DNA from: Eledone cirrhosa
Lineage: Eukaryota
NCBI GenBank assembly: GCA_964016885.1
Contig: OZ024765.1
Coordinates: 7,688,001 to 7,752,000, forward strand
Direction of reading: 5' to 3'
DNA: 64,000 bases
This document shows, in pieces, positions 57,391 through 64,000 of the stretch (the stretch's first letter is position 1; each line of letters opens with the position of its first letter). The notes beneath the pieces were generated by a model. That model was given only the letters and a program-made list of their open reading frames with translations. It was not told the origin of the DNA and made no database searches. The translations under genes and the position numbers were made by a program.

Positions 57391-60300
57391 CTAAATAATA
57401 TTTCTGTTCATCTTTTAGACTAAGCTAGTTGTCAAAATGGCTAAGTTGTTAGAGGGTCAGATTAAATGACCCTGTAATTGTTTTGACTCTCTACGCATGC
57501 TGAGTTCAAATCCCACCAAGGTCAACTTTGTTTTTCATCCTGCCATCATCTTCGTTGCTGTTGTTTGTTTGGTTTAGACAGGTCATCACACTAAAAGGCT
57601 AGATCGGCGAGGTGACCACCTTTTGCTCATACACTTTTTTTATTTGGTTTCTACCTCTGGCTGGATGCCCTTCCTAATGCCAACCACTGCTACTATCTCC
57701 TCATAGTGTGGACACTGCTTTTTGATGTCTCACCAGCACTACCTCTTTACACACTTTACAGAGTGAACTGGGTGCTTTTTGTCATGACACCAGTACTACC
57801 ACTTTACAGTATAGGCAGACTGCTTTTTGTTGTCTCACCAGCACTATCACTTGACAGAGTGGACTAGTTGCTTTAAGTCATGACACCAACACTTCAACTT
57901 TAAAAAATCGACTGGGTGGTTTTTCTTTTTTCACCAGCACTACCACTTTAGAGAGTGAACTGGGATGTGTTTTGATGTAGGGCCATCAATGCTTTTTTCT
58001 TGCTTGTGCCATGATAAAAAATACATATCCAGTCCACTCTGTAAAGTGTACACTCTGTACTGGTGCCACAAAAAAAAACAAAAAACATCCAGTCGATCTT
58101 GTAAGGTTTTTTTTTGTGGCACCGGTACTATGTCTTTACAGAGTGGACTGGGTGTATTTTTATCATGGCACAAGCATGAAAGAAGCATTGATGGGAGCAG
58201 GAGGGGGATTATATTGAAGGATTAATAGAAACATTGTTTCCTTGGTCTGGTCTGATCTGATAATCAGCTCCTTTCTTCTGCCAGGAGTTGTGACTGACAG
58301 ATAGTATCAGTAATGGAAAGACCAATAGAAACACTGTTTCTTTGGTTTGATCTGATGATCAGCTCCTTTCTTCTGTCAGGAGTTGTGACTGACAGATAGT
58401 ATCAGTAATGGAAAGACCAATAGAAACACTGTTTCTTTGGTTTGATCTGATGATCAGCTCCTTTCTTCTGTCAGGATTTGTGACTGACAAATAGTATCAG
58501 TAATGGAAAGACCAATGGAAATGTGGTTTTTCTGGTTTGATCTGTTGACCAGTTCCTTCTTTCTATATGAAATTTATAGACCCATCGAGAAACATTTTCA
58601 TGATTGAACCTCATGCCCACACCCCAATTGCTTTGATAAGCAACAATCCGTTATTTATTGTCTTGTTGTATTTAACCCTAGGCCAAGCTGCATGTTGTTG
58701 TCTAGCTCTCTGCTTCACTATTTTAGCAATTATTTTAACCCTTTTGATACCAAAACTACCAGAAACCACCCCTGGTTCTAGGGTACAAAACTGTTTATTA
58801 TAAAATGTTTATATTTATTCTAAAAACCTTCCATCACAATTTTATGAAAGAAACTTTATTCCAAACACCACCTTAATAATGAGAAAGTTATATTACTGAA
58901 TCCTTCCAAATTCTTGATTATTTCCAAAATGATTTGAAAATTATAGGCAGTGTCTTCCATTAGAAATATGGTAATGAAAGGGTTGATAATGAGAAAGTTA
59001 GTTATATTACTAAATCCCTCCAAATTCTTGATTATTTTCAAAAGGATTTGAAAACCATAGGCAGTGTATTTCATTAGAAATTTGGTAATGAAAGGGTTAA
59101 AATATATCACATATTCACAAGCGTTCTCAAATGTTTATTCAATTTATTCATATTTTATTTTATTTTAGTTTTTACTATTTTATTGTTAAATAAAAACACG
59201 CACAAACACACACAATTAACAATATTTTTTTTATTATTCAAAGTATTGTGGAAGGTTTATTGTTTGTGACTCACTCAAATCTACCATTTTTCGAACCACT
59301 TTCCATTTTATTTAAAGTAACTTTAAAAAGAATTCTTTAATTTTTTTTTAAAACTTGTTTTGTTTCTTGTTTATAAAATTTTAAATTTGTTTTGGGCAAC
59401 TTTTTAACAAAATTTGCTGCTTTTTATAAAAAAAATTGCTCTGGCAACATTGCAAGAGGATTAAAATATCTTTGAGTGAATAGCTTCAGATCTCTAAATT
59501 TAGGCTTCAAAATCTTCCAATGCTTTTTCATAATTTAAGTGTAGAGTCTGTCACCCTCTCTTCTTCCCCTTTTCTTTCTTTCGTTTCCTAATAACCCTTG
59601 CTCGTTCCTTCCTTTGGCTCTCATTTGTAGCATTTATTGCCCTTTCCAGTTCTAGATGTTTAGCTACATATTAAATTATTTATTGTTTTTATGTAGTTTT
59701 ATTCAATAGTTAAATAAATTATTTAGCATCTATGATAAAAATCTACCTGAAATCACCCCTGGTTTTATCGTACAAAACTATTTAAAAATCTTAGTATTCA
59801 TCTAAAAGCCTTCCATCATGGTTTTATGTAGGAACCTTTGTTAAGTTATGTTCCAAACACCAGCTTAATAACGAGAAAATTATATTGCTAAATTACTCCA
59901 AATTTTTTATAATTTTCAAAATTCTTTAAAAACCATAGGCTGTGTCTTTCATTAGAAATATGGTAATGAAAGGGTTAAAGACATAGGCAGTGTCTTTCAT
60001 TAGAAATATGGTAATGAAAGGGTTAAAGACATAGGCAGTGTCTTTCATTAGAAATATGGTAATGAAAGGGTTAAAGACATAGGCTGTGTCTTTCATTAGA
60101 AATATGGTAATGAAAGGGTTAAAGACATAGGCAGTGTCTTTCATTAGAAATATGGTAATGAAAGGGTTAAAGACATAGGCTGTGTCTTTCATTAGAAATA
60201 TGGTAATGAAAGGGTTAAAGACATAGGCAGTGTCTTTCATTAGAAATATGGTAATGAAAGGGTTAAGAGAGCCAAGGAAATGGGAATATTAATAAAGCCA

Positions 60301-60419
60301 TTTTAGATACCATAGCAACAGATGTCTCCTTTTGGTTGGGGAGAGGGGTTAAGTAAAGTAAATCATGCTCCTTACTACCAGTTATTTACTAAGTTCCAGC
60401 TATAAGCAACTGTTATGTT

Positions 60420-60655
60420 TTTACAAGAAATCTTTGTCGCCATTTTCATCATTACTATCGCCATCATTACTATCGCCATCATCATCACCACCACCATCAC
60501 CATCATTACCACCATCACCATCATTACCACCACCACCACCATCATCATCACCACCATCGTCATCATTACCACCACCATCATCATCATTACCACCACCACC
60601 ACCACCATTACCACCACCATCACCAGCATTACTATTGCCATCACCATTACCATTA
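60420..60655. repeat. (CCA/TCA)n trinucleotide repeat
   Basis: Seen directly in the sequence. Similar tract at 43830-44110. Confidence 0.95.
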
Positions 60656-61369
60656 CACACAGACACACAAAACAGTGTATTTTGGGGGGTTTTAAAAACT
60701 TTAAGCCTATTACACACACACACTCTCCACAACACTCACTCAACACACACACACACACAACACAACACACACACACAACACACGATGATGAGGATAATGA
60801 TGAGGTTGATCAGCAATGTAAAAAAATAAACCTGACAGTCTCGCAGTTCTCTAATTATTATATATTAGATAAGGTAATAAATAGGTTCGTTAACGTACAG
60901 GTTTTAAAGATTGTTTTATTATTATTATTAAGGGTGGTGGATTGACAATAATTGGTAGAGCGTTGAACAACATGCTTTGCAGCATATAGTTACAGCCCTT
61001 TACATTCTGAGTTCAAATCTTGTCGAGTTTAGCTTTGCCTTTCATCCTTAAAATAAAGCACCAGTAACATACTAGGGTTCATTTAATCGACTTTCCCCTT
61101 CCCTCAAAAATTGTTGGCCTTGTGCCTAAATAAGAAACCATTATTATTTGAATCAAGCTTGATATCTTCACTTGTCACTGTGATGGCTCACATGTCTTCC
61201 TCAGTTTGGTCCATGGGGAAGTTATGTGTGATGTGATGCTTCACAGGCCTTTCTCAGTTTGGTTGTGTCTTCATGATGAAGCTATGTGTGATGTGATCTA
61301 CACACAGACACACTTAATATTTGATACCTTCTCCTGTAACTGTGATTGATGGTTCACATGCCTTTCTCT

Positions 61370-62255
61370 TTTTTCAGTTGAATCTCTGTGGGGAAGCTGT
61401 GTGAGGTGTGATCTACACACAGGCCTTCCTTAGTTCAATTGAGTCTCCGTGGCGAAACTATGTGAAGTGTGATCTACACACAGGCCTTTCTCAGTTCAGT
61501 TGAGTCTCCGTGGGGAACCTATGTGAGATGTGATGGTTCACAAGCCTTCCTCAGTTCAGTTGAGTCTCCATAGGAAAGCTATGTGAGATGTGATCTACAT
61601 ACAGTCTTTCTTTAGTTCAGTTGACTCTCTGTGGGGAAGCTCAGTTCAGTTGAGTCTCCGTGGGGAAGCTCAGTTCAGTTGAGTCTCCGTGGGGAAGCTA
61701 TATGAGATGTTACACACAGGCCTTCCTTAGTTCAGTTGAGTCTCCGTGGAGAAGCTATGTGAGATGTGATCTACACACAGGCCTTCCTTAGTTCAGTTGA
61801 GTCTCTGTGGGGAAGCTATGTGATCTACACACATGCCTTCCTTACTTCAGTTGAGTCTCCGTGGAGAAGCTATGTGAGATGTGATCTACACACAAGCCTT
61901 CCTTAGTTCAGTTGAGTCTCCATGGAGAAGCTATTGAGATGTGATCTACACACAAGCCTTCCTTAGTTCAGTTGAGTCTCCGTGGAGAAGCTATGTGAGA
62001 TGTGATCTACACACAAGCCTTCCTTAGTTCAGTTGAGTCTCCGTGGAGAAGCTATGTGAGATGTGATCTACACACAAGCCTTCCTTAGTTCAGTTGAGTC
62101 TCCGTAGAGAAGCTATGTGAGATATGATCTACACACAAGCCTTCCTTAGTTCAGTTGAGTCTCCGTGGAGAAGCTATGTGAGATGTGATCTACACACAAG
62201 CCTTCCTTAGTTCAGTTGAGTCTCCGTGGAAAAGCTATGTGAGATATGATCTAAA
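61370..62255. repeat. 61-bp x~15 tandem repeat
   Basis: Unit gccttccttagttcagttgagtctccgtggagaagctatgtgagatgtgatctacacacaa. Homogeneity increases to the right. Confidence 0.93.
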
Positions 62256-62899
62256 CACAATTTATGCTGCTCTATCATCAGCATCATCATCGTTTTAACG
62301 TCCATTTTCCCTGGTAGCAAGGGTTAAACATCCTCTATATTTTTTCATTTCCTTTACATCACATTTTAGTAATAATACTTTTTATATTAAAATTATAATT
62401 ATGATCTGCCAGCACATTTTAACGAGCTAATATAAATTTTTAATCAATTCCTTAATTAATTTAATTTAATGTTCTTTTTTTTCTTTTTTTTTTTGCTCGT
62501 TTATTATGAGATAACTTGTTTTTGACTTAATTTTTTTTCTAAAATAAAATAAATTAATTATATTTAAGATAATTTTATATAATGAAACCCTTATAATTAA
62601 TGTAAATGTTTATACTGTAATATATAAATATATATATATGTGTGTATATATACATATGTACATACATAAAAATAATTTATATATATGTGTACATGTGTAT
62701 ATATATATATATATATATACATACATATATATACGTATATATACACACATGTATATAAATGTGTGTGTATATATATGTATATAAGATATATGTATGTATA
62801 TATGTATATAATATATATATATATGTATGTATATGTATATATATGTATGTATTTGTGTATATATGTATATGTATGTATATGTGTATATGTATATATGTA

Positions 62900-62940
<41 letters not shown>

Positions 62941-63079
62941 GTATGTATATATACATATATATATATATGTGTGTGTGTGTATATATATATATATATGGTA
63001 GATTTGAGTGTTGCTTTGTTTACTGCGAGCATGCTTGTTTCGTTTGTCTGCTTTGACTAGGAAATGTGCATTGTTTCAG

Positions 63080-63565
63080 GGCACTATGGCGGCTGTTGCC
63101 AAGGAGACGTTGCCCTGCAGCAGTGGTGTTGGTGGTGGAGCTAACATCCACCACATGTATGTTACTGACCTTCCTAGCACTAGTGAGCAGCAACCTCAGC
63201 GCCCTCCAGTGACGGCTACAGCAAACCCAATGTACTCGGTCCACACCACTTCACAACTGAAAACACAATTGCCACCGCCTCCTACTATACCGCTGTCCAT
63301 TAAGGCCACAACCTATCGCAAGCCACTGGCCACTGCTCCTCCACGTCGCTCCTATAGCAGTCCGACACTCTTGGTCAAGCATGGCCACAAAGTCCAGAGG
63401 CTGATGGCCAAAACCTCTGCTGGACCGATACGCACTATCTTACAAAAATCTGACTCTGATGTGACTGTGGAGGGAGCACTGTCGCATGGCCATTTAACCT
63501 CATCCTCCCCTGTCATGAACAAAAACAAGGCTTCACAAATTGTAAGTGCTTACGAGGCTTTCTGA
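63080..63565 (+). CDS. boule: boule terminal coding exon, GTMAAVAKETLP...QIVSAYEAF*
   Basis: Acceptor ttgtttcag ends at 63079, phase 0, 161 codons plus TGA, followed by an A/T-rich UTR-like region. Confidence 0.8.
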   Translation, partial: GTMAAVAKETLPCSSGVGGGANIHHMYVTDLPSTSEQQPQRPPVTATANPMYSVHTTSQLKTQLPPPPTIPLSIKATTYRKPLATAPPRRSYSSPTLLVKHGHKVQRLMAKTSAGPIRTILQKSDSDVTVEGALSHGHLTSSSPVMNKNKASQIVSAYEAF

Positions 63566-64000
63566 TGCAGCAAAAAAAAAAAAAAGAATGCACCACCATC
63601 TTCTAACTTTATCTGGCTTCCAAAAGAAAGAAAAAAAAAAAAGAAAAAATATTTTCAAATAACACCAACAACAACAAAATACATGAAAGGAAGTCTTTTT
63701 TTTTTTAATTTCAAAAGAAAAAAAAAACCAAAAAATTTAAAATAAATAAAAAAGAAATTAAAATTCAAAAAAAGAAAGAAAGAAGAAAAGAAAGCAAAGC
63801 AAGCCTCTTGTTTTAAATATTGTAAGAAAAAAAATTTATTGACACAAAAGAAAAAAAAAACAACTCAACCCAAACACCAAAACAACAAAGCCCTAAATTT
63901 GAACTCATTGTAAAAAGCTGAAAATCCATCTTTGGATAAATTTCATTTTTATTTTATTTTATTTTAAAAATTTTTATTTTATTGTTTTAATTTTTTTTTC
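63566..64000 (+). other. probable boule 3' UTR, with AATAAA candidate near 63745
   Basis: Follows the stop codon; A-rich with U tracts; contains aataaataaa. Confidence 0.55.

Overview
Eukaryotic, very AT-rich and repeat-dense window. The SINE families and microsatellite load suggest an octopus or related cephalopod (inference). It contains the last five coding exons of a + strand boule (DAZ-family) gene at 38181-38299, 39955-40038, 40844-40900, 47667-47846 and 63080-63565. I found no RRM-encoding exons, so they presumably lie upstream and bases 1-38180 are probably one very large intron. Most listed ORFs are artefacts of micro- or minisatellites. The introns hold tRNA-headed SINEs, RTE and CR1/L2-type LINE fragments, TTAA (piggyBac-like) and TA (Tc1/mariner-like) MITEs, non-autonomous Helitron-like elements, and many tandem arrays amplified from pieces of these elements. 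The most striking hidden signal is about a dozen short elements inserted in (TA)n tracts, most with an 'inverted arm - loop - arm - tail' layout. Many carry minimal type I hammerhead ribozymes (CUGANGA...GAAA...NUH, often with palindromic stem III), consistent with 5'-inverted, truncated Penelope-like retroelement ends from several families. One recent, perfect 178-bp foldback next to a boule exon has a hammerhead with a compensatory U3-A8 core (UUGAAAA). All calls were made by eye, without database searches.
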